From Podarcis cretensis (lineage: Eukaryota), in NCBI GenBank assembly GCA_951804945.1, contig OX638154.1:67952001-68016000 (forward strand): a stretch of 64,000 bases of DNA, written 5' to 3'. Shown one piece after another: positions 1-13,581 of the stretch. Every line of letters starts with the position of its first letter. Position 1 is the first letter of the stretch. The position numbers and the translations under genes were made by a program. The notes beneath the pieces are model-generated. The model was not told the DNA's origin. It was given only the letters and a program-made list of their open reading frames with translations, and ran no database searches.

Positions 1-1603
1 CACCCCACCTTCAAAATCCTGCTAGAAGGATGTATTCACCTGCTTCCTAAAAAATTTAAATGAAGAGGCAGACAAATCTCAGCATGGAGGGATTCCACAG
101 TTGTGGAGCCACCATGAACCTCACCATGAATTAACCCAGCACAATTTCAACCAGCAGCTATTTTATAAAGGTTTACTTTTATTATATTTAGCTTTGTATT
201 AGTTTTATATTGGACTGGGCTAACATACCCAAGCAAGAAGGTCAAATTAGACAATTTTGCCAAGACTGTATGTAATCTGAGTAAGGGTTTGCTCGAGGAA
301 ATGGTCAAAATGCATGAAAACCATGTTTCTGATTCTGTTCAGTGAAGTATTCCATCGCAATATGGCACAAAGCAGCCAAACGAACCCACTGGGGATGTAT
401 TACTTTCTTTGTGCTGTAAAAATATTACTGTGACATTTCATCTGGTCAACCATCTTAAAGGTTAATTCTGTTTCCTGTATCAGATATTCCTTTAGGTGAA
501 CTGTTCTGTGCAGTTCCTATTTACCTATTCCAAACAATCCTCAAACTGTTTCATTGCTCACTCTCACTGTTAAGAACATATTGACTTACTGCCTGCTCTG
601 CTGTTTAATTCATTTATGCCGAGAGTCAGGCATGAAGACAGAATTTTAAATGTGACATTTGCAGGCTGCTGGGTCATTTGAAGCTCTGACAACACCAAGG
701 GAGTTCCTGACATACAAACTGGTCCTGATTTCCAATCTTCCATGTTCTGAACACATCAGATATTCTTCCCGGAGGTGCAGATTTCAGCCTAAAGTTTTAA
801 ATTTCCTTTGGGTTTAACATCTTGCAGAAAAGGCCTGTACACTTGAAAGTTTTAAAATAAAGCCCTTGTTTCCTTTAAGCTAAAGCTGGCATTGCCTCCA
901 GCGAGCAAATTCAACGGCAGGAAGCCACTTTGATTGACAAAGATATTTGGAAACAGACTTACAATAATAATTAATACCCAGAGGAAATTCCAAGCAACTT
1001 TGACGCTTGGTGGACTTCCATTTTTTTTCCTGTTGATCTATCCATGTTCAAAGACAGCTGTATCTGAAAGCCACAGCTGTAGATAATGGGCCATTTAGAT
1101 GGCAGCAGCGGTATCTGGCCTAGCTGGGTAGCAGTTAACTGTGGTAGCAACTAGGATGAAATACCTACATGCAAGACACTCCTTTTTTTGCAGTGACAGC
1201 AACTGAACTGAGAGCAGATTAAAAGTACTCAAGCTGGAGAATTACTCACATCTAAGTTCAGAGACCATTTCCCTGTTAAGTCTTGCTAACAGCAAAGAGT
1301 ACAGATGTACATTGCCTTGAGTAAGCAAGTCAGCAAGATGCAAACCTTTCTTAATAGAACAGATCACAAAAACAAGTAGTTATTCAAGTTTCCAACACAA
1401 GCTGGAGTCTACAGAGTACGGATTGCTTAGCCTCTTCTGCTGTGCTCTGAATAGTAAATTGCTATCTAAATAGAAATATATGCTCTTGTACAATTAAATA
1501 TTAAATAGAATATAAACTAGTAAGATTACCAAAAGTGTTTTATTGCTAAAACTAAATACCTTACGTATTCTTGAGTATTAACAAAAGAAATAAAGCAGCA
1601 TAC

Positions 1604-1679
1604 CTGATGTATTATTTGTGCTACAGGAAGTTGTTCTGCATATTTTAATGCCTCCGTTGCTACTTCATCCACAGCATGG
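1604..1679 (-). CDS. PIGK: PIGK next coding exon (human exon 10 equivalent), C+HAVDEVATEALKYAEQLPVAQIIHQ
   Basis: LKYAEQLPVAQIIHQ matches the recalled PIGK juxtamembrane sequence. Acceptor ctctttttttccAG, donor CAG|GTATGC. Length 76 nt starting in phase 2, so it joins the upstream exon as AG+C=Ser. Too short for the supplied ORF track. Confidence 0.95.
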
Positions 1680-2464
1680 CTGGAAAAAAAGAGATTTTAA
1701 TGAGACACTGTAAAAATTAGGAAAAAGATAAAACCCAATGGCAACTCACTTGCTTTTAGGCATACAAACCCAAGTCCCCAATCTATCTCAAATTCCACAG
1801 CTATTATTTTTAAATGCATTACATATTCGAATGCCATCCACTTCTTTTGAGCCTACCTCTCTCCGTTTTTTGGTCACGGTTTAAATTCTTCATAGCTATA
1901 ATACTAGCTTTAAGTCTTTCTGTTCCACATAAAAATTTGCAAAGGTCAGGTCTCCTGAATAGCCCAGAGACTTGGGGAGAGCTACTGAGAGAAATGGCAC
2001 AGGCACATGTTTCCATATTTCATTTGATTCCCATCCCACCCCCTGGCAATTGAAATGCAAGGAGCTGCATTCTGCACTCTAACATTCAACAAACTTGTGA
2101 ATGAGATAATTTATAGAAATTGATTGTATATCCCCCCAACTGATTTTCTATGTTGGAAGGCTGTTAGAAAATGTTCTAGATAAGAACAGAGGTGTTTTAG
2201 GATGCACACCCGTTGAGGAAGGCAGAGGACATAAGGAAATAATACTTGGCTGGTAAATTCAGCCAGGAGGAATCAATTTCCAGCAGTAAACTGGTGCAAA
2301 CCCAAATCTGATCGGAAGCATTTTCCAGATAGGCATCTCATAACTCTACCTTTTCTCCAAAATAAAAGCTTGTTTAAACATGTGACTAACTCTACATCTT
2401 GTTTGGCTATCTTTTAGCTACTGAACTGTCTAAGTACCTGAAATTAAAAGTGGAAACCTCTCCA

Positions 2465-2465
<1 letters not shown>

Positions 2466-2505
<40 letters not shown>

Positions 2506-2536
2506 GCCACCCATCTGACTGGGTTGTCCCAGCCAC
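2466..2536 (-). mobile_element. (ATT)n microsatellite plus the extreme 3' end of an L2-type LINE
   Basis: (ATT)~13 followed by ccacccatctgactgggttgtcccagccac, homologous to 12280-12310. Confidence 0.6.
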
Positions 2537-3308
2537 ATTTCAGTCCTTTTTTCTTCCTGTGCCAGGACTGTGGGCAAGAACCCTAAATTGTGGCAACATT
2601 TTGAAATTTGCAATCCCTTTGAGGGCAAAAAAATAGGTTTCTATGTAAAATACAAGTGTCAAGGCTTTGAGAGAGACAAGTTAGTTGGAGTGAAGAAAGA
2701 CCAAAGCAAAGAAAATGAAAACCAGGAACCGCACACTTCGGACAATTTCTTTGTCCATTCATTAACTAATCTTATTTCAGTGCCTTTGGGGTTTTATTTT
2801 TTCCTCGTATATAATTTGGGATTTGCCTACCACTCAGAAAAGAAACACCTGACCAGTCTCTCTTTAGGACAGTTATAGATTTTAAATGCAAGCACCAATC
2901 AGGACTTTGGATTTGCAGTAATCAGAGTAATGTTACTAACCACTGTGTGATTTCAAGGTAATAACTGCCATGATAATAGACATTCTTGCACTCTGATTGG
3001 CTACCAACTATTATTAGCCTACCAGGACAACAAGATCTGCATTTTGCATAGTTATTAAGAAACAACAGTAGAGTGATTATGTAAATCAAGTGCTCACAAC
3101 CAGAGTATAGGGAATTTCCACAGCTGTGGGTGGGAGAAGAGGAATGAATGCACAAACATTCTGGATTATTCATAAAATCAAAGCCATTTTATCAACATAA
3201 TGAAGATATTGAAAATAATTATAAAAATGCCTAGTGGTGTCTCAGTATATGAGAACCACAACCAGCCAGCAAGTCAGCTGCACAAATTAAGCTCTCCTGA
3301 GGTATATA

Positions 3309-4115
3309 CAGTGGTGCCCCGCAAAACGAATGCCTCGCAAGACTAAAAACCCGCTAGACGAAAGGGTTTTCCGTTTTGGAGGCGCGTCGCAAAACGAATT
3401 TCCCTATGGGCTTCCTTCGCAAAACGAAAGCCCATAGGGAAATCTCCGGGACAGCGGGGAAGAGCAGCCTTCCAAAGGCTGGCGGTGGGAGGTGGTCTCT
3501 CCGCCCCACCGCCAGCCTTCGGAAGGCTGCTCTGAAGGCTGGCGGCGGGAGGAGGGCTCTCCGCCCCACCGGCAGCCTTCGGAAGGCTCCTCCGAAGGCT
3601 GGCGGTGGGGCAGAGAGACCTCCTCCCCACCGGCAGCCTTCGGAAGGCTGCTCCGAAGGCTGGCGGTGGGGCAGAGAGACCTGCTCCGGCCGCCAGCCTT
3701 GGGATGGCTGCTCCAAAGGCTGGCAGTGGGGCGGAGAGACCTTTTCCCCGCGCCAGCCTTTGGATGGCTGTCCTGAAGACTTGCGGTGGGAGGAGGGTTT
3801 TCCTTCCCACCGCCAACTTTCAGAATGCTGTTCTGAATGTTGGCGTGGGGAGGAAAAACCCTCCTCCCACCACAAGCCCTGGAAACAGAGGAGAAGCGCT
3901 GCGCGCCTTCCCCTCTGTTCCCGTACCTGTCCTGAAGGCTTGCGGTGGGGAGAAAAGCCCTTCTCCGCACCGCCAGCCTGGCAAGCGGTCTCCATAGGAA
4001 CGCATTAATTAATTTTCAATGCATTCCTATGGGAAACCGTGCTTCGCAAGACGAAAAACTCGCAAGAAGAAAAAACTTGCGGAACGAATTAATTTCGTCT
4101 TGCGAGGCACCAATG
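3309..4115. mobile_element. Non-autonomous Tc1/mariner (pogo/Tigger-like) MITE with an internal ~60-bp hairpin minisatellite
   Basis: TA|CAGTGGTGCCCCGCAAAACGAA ... TTCGTCTTGCGAGGCACCAATG|TA gives TIRs plus a TA TSD. Same ends as 26154-26518. Confidence 0.88.
3465..3980. repeat. Tandem array of ~60-bp GC-rich palindromic units (about 8 copies, diverging rightwards)
   Basis: Repeated ccccaccgccagccttcggaaggctgctccgaaggctggcggtgggg. This explains the overlapping ORFs on both strands. Confidence 0.9.
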
Positions 4116-6379
4116 TATAGAGGATACACACCAACAAACTCAAAAAATATGCCAAATCCTCTTAAATATGGTGAATGTACACTCAAAATGACTGAGTCCT
4201 CAGTATGCCGAATTCAAAAAATGCCTATGAGCAACTTTCTATGGCCTTCTTATCATTGGGGGGGGGGGAAGGATTCTTGAAAGATCAGGACAACCATTTC
4301 ATGGGTTTAGCGATTCATTTTCTAAATGGCCCCCATGCTGTTAATCTAGGAAACTAGAAAATCAATATTACCCACTGCACACTTCAATTTTGCCTGCAAC
4401 TTGGTGTATCTGTGTATCATTCAGACAGAAGGGCACCACATTCAAGATAAAACTTTGCTTTTCAGTGTGTGCAATAAGACTTATGTATAACTAGTCCCAG
4501 GAAGATCACTGACAGATGTAGTATCAATTATCCAGCAACAACAGATACATACGTTCCTCTATTCAAACTCATATCTTTAAACACTGTGCTTAGGGAGAAA
4601 ATACTAACTGGGCTTTCAAATAACATTCCCATGATCTTCAAAACAGTTGCTCTACAAACTAGAAGAAATTCTGAAAATTGCACTTGGCTGCAGCTGCCCG
4701 GAACATATAAAATTACTATAAACAAAATACTAATGGGGAAAATATGGTTTTGCCTTTTTTCAATTTACTTTGGACAACTGGCAGCATTTGGGGTATAGCC
4801 AATATACCCCTCTCTCTATATTGTCATTCCTTTTTTTTTCTGACGGCAATAAAATCTTTACTAAAAATTCTGTGTGAGTGTGCACACACACGCACATATC
4901 AGTTTCAAGACAGGCATTTTTATAGGGTGCTATAAAAATCAAAATGAAGCTTTTAATTAGGTTTTTTAAAAATAAAATGACTATATATTCATTAGAAGTA
5001 ACTATTTACATTAATGTCCTTGCTCTGCATTCCTGAAACCTAATCGGTCAATTTACTTTCAGGCTATTAACACATTTAGTTGCTTTAGAGATAAACAGAA
5101 TGTATTCTAACATAAGTGTCCCTAAAACAATATTAAAACGTCTATCATTTATTTATTAAAAAAAATCTGTATTCATTAAAAATCAGTGATTTACACCAAC
5201 CATACACAGATACAATCAAAACAAGGTAAGAATTTAAAATCAGAGATCAACTATTGTCTGTTAGAGAAAGATGTTTTCTTAATTGCCTGCATAGATTTGG
5301 TGGCATGGAAAAGTTTGCACCAAATATTTAAAGGCTTAAAAAGAAGGCACCTGCCTGACAAGTCTCCTTATCACAAGCCCATGCAACTCTGATCTCCACT
5401 GATATTTTTTTTAAAAGAACAAGTTCAGATGTACCGTACTTTCTAGTTGATGAGCCTTTTCAGTCAAATGAGCATCTGTTGCCTAAATGCCGCATGAATG
5501 AAGAGTCCGTTAATCTTGAAAGAGACTCCACAACCAAAATTGCTCATACTGCTGTATGAAAACCCTCTGGAGGTGCATTTCAGCATAGCAAATGCTCACT
5601 AATAATCAAGAGACCCACAGAGAGTTTATGAAATCTGAGGACTCCCAGTGACTGAATTATGCCTCAGAACGCAGAATTATTCATTTGGGCAAGTACAGCT
5701 GGTTTAAATTATTTAGGCGCGACACCCCACAATATATCACTAAACTTTCCATATAACATTTTGTATATTTAGTTTATTTACAACTTTCGCAAAATATAGA
5801 CTTAATGAAGTCTTAGCAGCAGCAGCTCTCCACAGTGTACTAATATTACAAGATCTTGCCTGAGGCCTGCTACATTCCCACTTGCCGCCACAATTATTTT
5901 GGCAAGGGACGCAATTTATTTTTAGACTAATATAAGCTACTGCTGCTTTTTTCAAATATGCCCCCATACCCTACAGATGCCAGTCTGAGGGAAATGTCTT
6001 AATGTAAGCAATTTGTTCCTTTACATTTAAATACATTATCACTCACTACTGTAAATCAACATGGAGAAAAACAGCTTATAGATAAAGCCTTTGACTGGTC
6101 TCGCCAAGAGCTGAGGGGCAGGTTTTAGGCAGGGACTTCAGAACAAGATAAACTCTGCTTCACCAGAGGGTTATGACTGGGAAATAGGCATTGTCCCATA
6201 CCCTAAACACTTTGTTGAAATGTGAACTGTTAACTGATTAAATGCTCTTCAGTTAATTAACTTTCTTGATTTAAATCGATTAATGCTATGACAGCAAATA
6301 CCTTTGACACCTCTGGTTCTATAACTGTATTCATTTTCATACCAAAGTTTATTTGTGAGTGCAAGAATCGAGTGTAGAA

Positions 6380-6682
6380 AAAGCAGTGTCATACCACTTT
6401 AAACAGTTGTGCCTTCTCACAAAGAACCTTGGGAGCTGTAGTTTGCTAAGGGTGCTGAGAGTTGTTAGGAGACTCCTGTTCCCCTCACAGAGTTACAATT
6501 CTCGGAGTGGTTTAACAATCAATCCTTCTTCGAGGTAACTGGGAATTGTAGCTCTGTGAGGACAGAACTCTCCTAAAAAGGCACAGTGTCCCTAACAAAC
6601 TACAGTTCCCAAAATTAATTGAGGGATGCCATGAATGTTTGTAGAGGTTTGACACTTTTAAATATATCATGCAGATGGGCCT
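6380..6682. mobile_element. Fold-back (palindromic) MITE, old
   Basis: Arms are mutually complementary: gggagctgtagtttgctaaggg vs ccctaacaaactacagttccc, and cctcacagagttacaattc vs gaattgtagctctgtgagg. Confidence 0.7.
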
Positions 6683-8420
6683 CTGATTAATTTTGGATCA
6701 ATTTAGTATGAAATGGTCCAATTTTTCAAAATAACTGTGGTGCTTTCTGTTGGCCAGTCTTGGTGATTATCAATAGAACACACAGACAAATGATTTGAGC
6801 TCTTTAAATTGGTACCGGGACAAGAAGCATTTATAATATTGAGTGCCCCTTGATTTGATGATAACAGAAATGAATCAAAAAAAGGCACACATATAAGTGT
6901 GTTTCCTTATCTAGCTGACATTCAAGTCAAATGTTCTCCATCCAGGTTACATTCAATTTAAAAACAATTTCACAGATCCTTGATTAATGACAGGGACTGG
7001 GAAACAGAGACAGGACTGTCTTGCCAATGTAAACATCAAAGGCTGGGTCTGATGAACATTAGGTTTCTCCCTTATCAAACTTCCTAAGCATGAAAATTGT
7101 AGATATCCACAGGTGGTAGATGGAGACATCCATGCATTCTGGGACTATAGAAACTTTGGTGGACACTGTTGGGTAGTTCCATTCCACCTTTTGTTGCAGA
7201 CATGGGAATGTAGTGTGTCACATGTCTGTTTGCATTCCAGCACAGACTGCTGGGTCTCGTGAGCGGAACTTCCGCTCAGTGTATTGCTTTTGCTTTTGAG
7301 TCTCTCTCTGAGAAGACGGCAAGGAGAGACGACATGTTTCTTTGTTCTCATTTATGTAAAATAAATCCATAGTTTTAGTATGTATCCACAGCCTCCAGCC
7401 TCTTCTGTTGTGCAGTTTACTTTGCTACATATAGTGTGCTCAAGGCAGCAAGCTTGAGTTGCTGATTTACGTCGGAGCCAGAGTCAGAAGTAGCAGAGGT
7501 TGGAGCACTGCAGAATCTCATAACTTACTCACCCTCTGTGCCATCCCACTCCCTGACCACAGACTCACACACAAAAGGCCAAAATTCCCAGAAAAATGGT
7601 CCAGAAAGCAAGAGTGAGCCCACAGCATCCAGAGGGCCTCGAATTGACTCCAACATTAGCTTAGGCTAATCAAGGTTGCTTTCAAGATTTGAAACAAACT
7701 GGAAAGCTGCCCAAGGGAAACCCTGGTTAGCCTTAATGTCAGTTAACGTAAGTGCTGATGAATGAATCACCTAATCAGTCATGGGGTGGAAGTCATATTC
7801 CAGAAGAAAGGAAAGAGGGTCACACAGAGTATGATCCGCTCACAATTGTTCAACCATGGTTAAGCAATCAGGAGTGTTAACATACGCACTAGTCCAGCGT
7901 AATGAAAACAAAGTAGAACACATATTTCCAATGGATCACACAGGCTGATGAACATGTCATTCTGAAATGGACTGAGTCTATCTTATTACAATGGTTATTT
8001 ATATATCCTATTTGGTTTGCTCTAATGGAACAAATCTCTCAACAGTAAAACACAGGCAAGACTGTTTAAGTGATGCAATGCTACAAGTGTGGGGAAATGG
8101 TGCAGTTTTATGACAAGAATCAGGGTTTTTAGAGTACAAAAGAAAGAGGAATTGAAATGACTTTTAATTATTAAATCTATGTATCCCACTGTCTCAACCA
8201 TAAATAAACCACCGGGTGGTTGTTGCTTTTATTTTGGCCATTATTAATAAAAACAAAATGCCAGCACTAAATGAGAAAACACCATCAAGGTTTCCCAGAA
8301 AGCAAAGACTTAAGAAGCACTGTACCCGCTTTAAATGAATAGATTCAAAACCTGAGCATTGAAAAGTATATTTACAATAACCAGATGACAGGATATGAGG
8401 AACTGGGCTTTGGTTTAGGG

Positions 8421-8920
8421 CAGGGGTCTGCAACCTTTAAGACAAAAAGAGCCACTTGGACCCGTTTCCGAAGAAAAAAAAAACTGGGAGCCGCAAAACT
8501 CGTCATTATAAAAATAACTTTTTTGTCACTTTTTAAAATTATTTCTTTGTTTGACCCCTCAGAATTACTCCTCCTCATAGAAATAAACGTTAAATTAACA
8601 AGTTACCTTTTTGTGTGTGTGTGTTCTTCACTCCCCTTCAAAACAGTGACCAGCGTACATGCCCCCTTTCAATGCAGTGACCAGCGTACATGCCCCTTAC
8701 AATGTAGCGGGCGGGCGAGCGGGAAGGTGACGTCGGGACGGTGCGTGACTAACGCATGCACCGCCCCCATGCGACATCACAGCCAGTACAGCGCCCGCCA
8801 CAGTGGGGAGTGTTGGGGCGCACAATGTGCCTCCTCCCCTCGCTAGTATCCGCCCCGGAGCCGCGGCAAAGGTGTAAAAGAGCCACATGCGGCTCCGGAG
8901 CCGTGGGTTGCTGACCCCTG
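8421..8920. mobile_element. hAT (Charlie-like) MITE, 500 bp
   Basis: TIR CAGGGGTCTGCAACC / GGTTGCTGACCCCTG. Perfect 8-bp TSD GTTTAGGG at 8413-8420 and 8921-8928. Internal ~31-bp tandem duplication at 8644-8705. Confidence 0.92.
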
Positions 8921-9034
8921 GTTTAGGGTAACTATACAAAATAGTGGTGACTGCTTAATATAAACAAATTTGAAGTAAAAGAATGTGTGTTGAAATGAAA
9001 AAACCACATAGTTTTTGCCCTTGAAAAGCACATA

Positions 9035-9288
9035 CAGTCATACCTTGGGATAAATACGCTTCAGGCTGAGCACTATCAGGTTGCGCTCTGCCGCAACCCG
9101 GAAGTAACGGAGCGTGTTACTTCCAGGTTTCGCTGCTCGCACAGACAGTAAAAATGACGTTAAGTGCATGCACGGAAGTGGCAAAACGCAACCCGTGCAA
9201 GCGCAAACGTGCTGTTGCATCTTACATTCTGTTCCGGATGCGAACGGGGCTCTGGAACGGATCCCGTTCACATCCCGAGGTACCACTG
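9035..9288. mobile_element. Tc1/mariner MITE
   Basis: TA|CAGTCATACCTTGGGAT ... ATCCCGAGGTACCACTG|TA. Confidence 0.85.
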
Positions 9289-10348
9289 TAATAGCTAGGT
9301 ACAATGAGAACAAGCTGTAGGGAGTCTCTGAGTCAAGTATTTCCCTCCTTCCCTTTTCTTATGGAAGCTTTCACTGCTGCATTTGGTTAACTGCTGTTTG
9401 CCATGTTATCCAAACTGACAAACTGTAGTTGACATTGATTAAAAACTAACTTCAACCCATGGTTGCTTAAGCTGTCTGGTTTCAACTAACCCTAGTTAAT
9501 GTTAAACCATAGTTTCGGGTTTAGATGACACAATGAACTGTGGTTAACTAAAAGTGAAAACTTTTAGTTAAAAGTGTTGGAAATCTTCCTTGCGGTGGAA
9601 GGTAGTGCAGAGAAACCCAAGGTTCAGCACAACAGCTTACCACGGCCAATGAGAGAATCAGATGCTTACCAGTGTATTCTACTTCTAAGATGTGTTTAAA
9701 ATCTCCTATGATCTGCTCGTCTGCATTATTCATGATGAAACAAACAGAAACATTTGATCATAAAATGTGTGTTTGAAAACAGTATTATCCAATAAGAAAA
9801 GGTCAACTATGATAAATCAGTTGTTAAAAAGAATCACACTGTAGAAAATGTAATTTACTCCAAGTTAGTTCAGATTTCCATATTAGAATTCTGCTGCACC
9901 TATGAGAGAGAATAATTTGAGCTACTTTCCTGCACTATGCAGTGACAAAATGGACAGCTGGTAGCTTACCTTAGGTGACCTTGAATGACTATCTAACAGA
10001 ATGCTAATGTGAATCTTTTGCAAATCGTTACAGTGGAGCCTGAAAGTCATGTCTTTAATGGGCAAACAATTAGTGCATATTCAAAGACGAAGAAAGGCAA
10101 GAGATATGGTTGTTACAATAATATGTAGGTTTTTCACAATCCATAAATACAGCTAAGCATACCAAACTCTGCTTGAAGGATGATCTGCAATGACCCTTCT
10201 TCACAACACTTTAGGCCTCATCACACCTGATCTTTAAAATTACTTCAATCCAAATAGGTAGCAAATACTGCTATATCTTCTTGTAGGCAAAAACGTAGGA
10301 AGTGGAAGAGAAATCCAGTTTTTAAAAATAAATTAAGGTTGTAATGAA

Positions 10349-10702
10349 GGGACACAGGTGGCGCTGTGGGTTAAACCACAGAGCCTAGGACTTGCCAACC
10401 AGAAGGTTGGCGATTCGAATCCCCGCGGGCTAAGCTCCCATTGCTCGGTCCCTACTCCTGCCTACCTAGCAGTTCGAAAGCACGTCAAAGTGCAAGTAGA
10501 TAAATAGGTACCGCTCTGGCGGGAAGGTAAATGGCATTTCCGTGTGCTGCTCTGGTTTGCCAGAAGCGGCTTAATCATGCTGGCCACATGACCCGGAAGC
10601 TGTATGCCGGCTCCCTCGGCCAATAAAGCAAGATGAGTGCCACAACCCCAGAGTCGGTCACGACTGGACCTAATGGTCAGGGGTCCCTTTACCCTTTACC
10701 TT
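10349..10702 (+). mobile_element. Sauria SINE, full length
   Basis: tRNA-like head (ggtggcgctgtggg A box, gattcgaatcc B box), (ACCTTT)n tail, and 16-bp TSD TTAAGGTTGTAATGAA at 10333-10348 and 10703-10718. Confidence 0.92.
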
Positions 10703-12243
10703 TTAAGGTTGTAATGAATTTCCAAGAACAACTAAGGAGGTCCTCCTGTGTGTTCCTTTATATTCTGATGTTCAGTTGGTAAGGATACAGGACAGGGCCT
10801 TCTCTGGTGTAGCACCCAGGTGGTAAATTCACTGCCCTGGGCAGTTTAGTTGCCCTCCCCACATTTCTAACATTCCACATTCAGTATACCGTAAAAAAAA
10901 CATTCTCTGGCAAAATTTCAAGTTTTGCTGCTGCATAGTATTTTTCCTCTCATTTATTATTGGCTCTTCAAAAATTTTATTGCTACTTTTCCATTTTTTA
11001 TGGCTTCTTTGTTGTTTTTTTAGCTTTTCTTAGTATTGTTGCTGTTTTTACCCCATTTACCTCCTCTTTTGTTGGAGGGGGGCATGAGGGGGTATGTAAC
11101 TTCACAAAAGAAATAAATAAATAGCCAGCCACCTATCGATTGGGGCATTTTCATGTTTACATGCAGAATTAAGATGACCATGCTCTGAAGGGAACAAGAC
11201 TTCTGTTTCTTTAAGAACTTTAAGGAAGGCATTACAGAGGCAAACCTCATCCTGGAACATTGGAATAATAGGTAAAGCTTCACCTATAGCATCCCTTTCC
11301 CTTTCAGAATAAGACCAGTGAAGGTAAAAGCAATGAGTTTGTTTTTTTAAAAAAACATATCATTAAAACAGAATCCTAACCACGCACCTTGAAAGAACCA
11401 GTTCTGATCAGGTGACATGGCTCACAGTGGAACGCACAAGGGGCAGAGACTTCATTAGAGATTTTCCATTTAAGGTCATTTGAAAGGATTTTTTGAACAC
11501 CAGTTTTGTCCTAGTTTCTTAAAATGCATGCAAAGACATCTATTTCTCAGAAACCTAACTCACAAAAATACTCTGTCAGGATTTTCATAAGCATTACTAA
11601 AAGTGAGTTTTTTCTTTTTTCCACTCCTGAACTCTCTAATCTGTGGTTCGGTAATCTCAATAAAAATGGACCTTTGGAAGTATTTCCTGAGTAATCTGAC
11701 AGACAGAGCATACATTTCCCATTTTGTAATCCACTAGTAATTTCCTATCTGGAGAACTACAATTTCTCCAGAAATTGTTAATTTCTGCCAATCCATTTAT
11801 CCTTAACCAGCTCAAGCTCCCAAGATAGGACAGAAAGCCACAGAACACTATTTTCCATCACTAAACAATAAAGTCACCTGCACTTTCCACTTCTCAGAGC
11901 GTTTTTAAAAATAAAATCAAACAAAAGGCTCTGCAAAATTATAGAAGTAATCTGGATTCTCAAAGGCCACATAAGAAAAACAGTATAATCAGTAATAAAA
12001 CCGAATGGTACTTTAATAAATCAGAATTTACTGTTGGAATTGGGACGGCTTATAAGATGTTGCCATCTTGGTTTCAGGCTTGCTTATTTGTTTATTTTTA
12101 AAGTTTAAGAGTGCAAGACTATACTTAAAAAACAACAACAAATATGATGGGTATTATTAGCGCTGCTGTGAGTATATATTGATGCATTGCTATGCCAGCA
12201 TACTACTCCCTGGTGCACCTCTGTCAGTATAAGGTCAAAAACA

Positions 12244-12382
12244 AATAATAATATTATAATAATTTATTATTTATACCCCACCCATCTGGCTGGGTTTCCC
12301 CAGCCACTCTGGGCCGCTTCCAACAGAATATTAAAATACAATAGTCTATTAAACATTAAAACATTAAAAGCTTCCCTAAACA
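12244..12382 (-). mobile_element. L2-type LINE 3' end fragment
   Basis: The reverse strand reads ...gcggcccagagtggctggggaaacccagccagatgggtggggtataaataataa, an L2-style tail also seen at 2466. Confidence 0.6.
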
Positions 12383-12957
12383 AAGTGGAAACATAGGTGG
12401 GGTGTAGGAATGATAGAAAGGAGCACACTTACACCAAATCCTACGCTGCTTCAGACTCTATCCAGCTGCTTCAGACAAAGCCAATTTTTTAAAAATCACA
12501 AAGGAATCAATGGAGAGAGAACATATGTGTACACACAATGAATACAATAGTGTACAATACTCTCCTACCCTCCTGCACCAGCCCTGCCCACCTACCTACT
12601 GATGATGCTGGAGTAACTCTGCATTCAATTCACAACATTCCAACACGCACAGAAAATTCCTCCACTGATAGGGTGCACTGCCTAGAGCTACTATCTCTGC
12701 CTGGCTTGAGGTCATGTACATTTAGGAAGGACACAAAGGAGAACTCTGGTGACAGAAGCTAAGGGAAAGGAGCACTTTGCACAACAACCTGTCTTCAAGA
12801 CACAGAAAGTAACATCCTTCCTTCCTTCCATGTTGTTTGCTCAAATAGCAGAGTGTCTGCGCGCGCGCTGCATAGGGGGAGTTAAGCCACGGTGTGTACA
12901 ACTTTCCTGGAATCCAAGTGTTTTGGTTACTGCTGCCTGCGCTACAGACACTTAGAA

Positions 12958-13310
12958 CTGACATGGACCCTGCGACCGTCATCTGAGGCCCTTCTTCATG
13001 TTCCTCCTCCATGAAATATGCGGAGGGTGGCAACACAAGAACAGGCCTTTTTGTGGTGGCTCCCCATTTGTGGAATGCTCTTCCTAGGGAGGCTCGCTTG
13101 GTGCCTTCATTACATGTATTTACAGGTGAAAACATTTCTCTATAACCAGGCCTTTGGCTTATTAACATTCTATGCCCTTTTAAATGTGTTTGTGGGAGGG
13201 GTATTACTGGTTTGTTTTAGTTTTAGTGTGTATTTTGTGATCTCATTTTGTATATTTATATTGTGAACCGTTCTGTGATCCTTGGATGAAGGGCAGTATA
13301 CAAATTTAAT
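12958..13310 (+). mobile_element. L2 LINE 3' fragment (degenerate ORF2 C-terminus and 3' UTR)
   Basis: Degenerate RAF..VAPHLWNALP..F.QAFG-type coding, followed by a gtgaaccg...gatgaagggcagtatacaaat tail. Confidence 0.7.
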
Positions 13311-13377
13311 TTTTAAAAAAACCACACTCACAGGGGGGAAATCTCATGCCACTGTCATGCTGGATAGGTTGTGTTAT

Positions 13378-13581
13378 AAAGGTAAAAAAGGTAAAGGACT
13401 CCTGGACGGTTAAGACCAGTCAAAGGAGACTGTCGGGTGCGGCACTCATCTTGCTTCAGGTTGAGGGAGCCGGTGTTTGTCTGCAAACATCTTTCCAGGT
13501 CATGTAGCCAGCATGACTAAACTGCTTCTGGCGCAACAGGACAGAGTGACAAGTGCCAGAGTTCAAGGAAACGCCATTTAC
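13378..13581 (-). mobile_element. Sauria SINE 3' half (older subfamily)
   Basis: aaaggtaaaaaaggtaaagg tail and gggagccgg...catgtagccagcatgactaa body homologous to the other copies. Confidence 0.75.

Noticed and set aside
3343-4008. Long overlapping ORFs on both strands, and a superficial CRISPR/REP-like array
   Set aside because: A by-product of a stop-poor GC-rich 60-bp tandem repeat inside a MITE. There are no unique spacers and no cas genes.
5440-5482. Minus-strand pseudo-exon ATDAHLTEKAHQLE
   Set aside because: Open only in phase 0-1, which is incompatible with the phase-2 intron. Weak donor and no PIGK similarity.
7150-7520. Possible old LTR (AATAAA at ~7361)
   Set aside because: No termini, TSD or second copy could be identified.
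9970-9992. 23-nt minus-strand segment between AG and GTAAGC
   Set aside because: Frameshifting with no similarity to PIGK. Expected by chance in a 60-kb intron.
10349-10430. tRNA-like A/B boxes (also at 54797 and 58591)
   Set aside because: These are SINE heads, not cloverleaf-complete tRNA genes.
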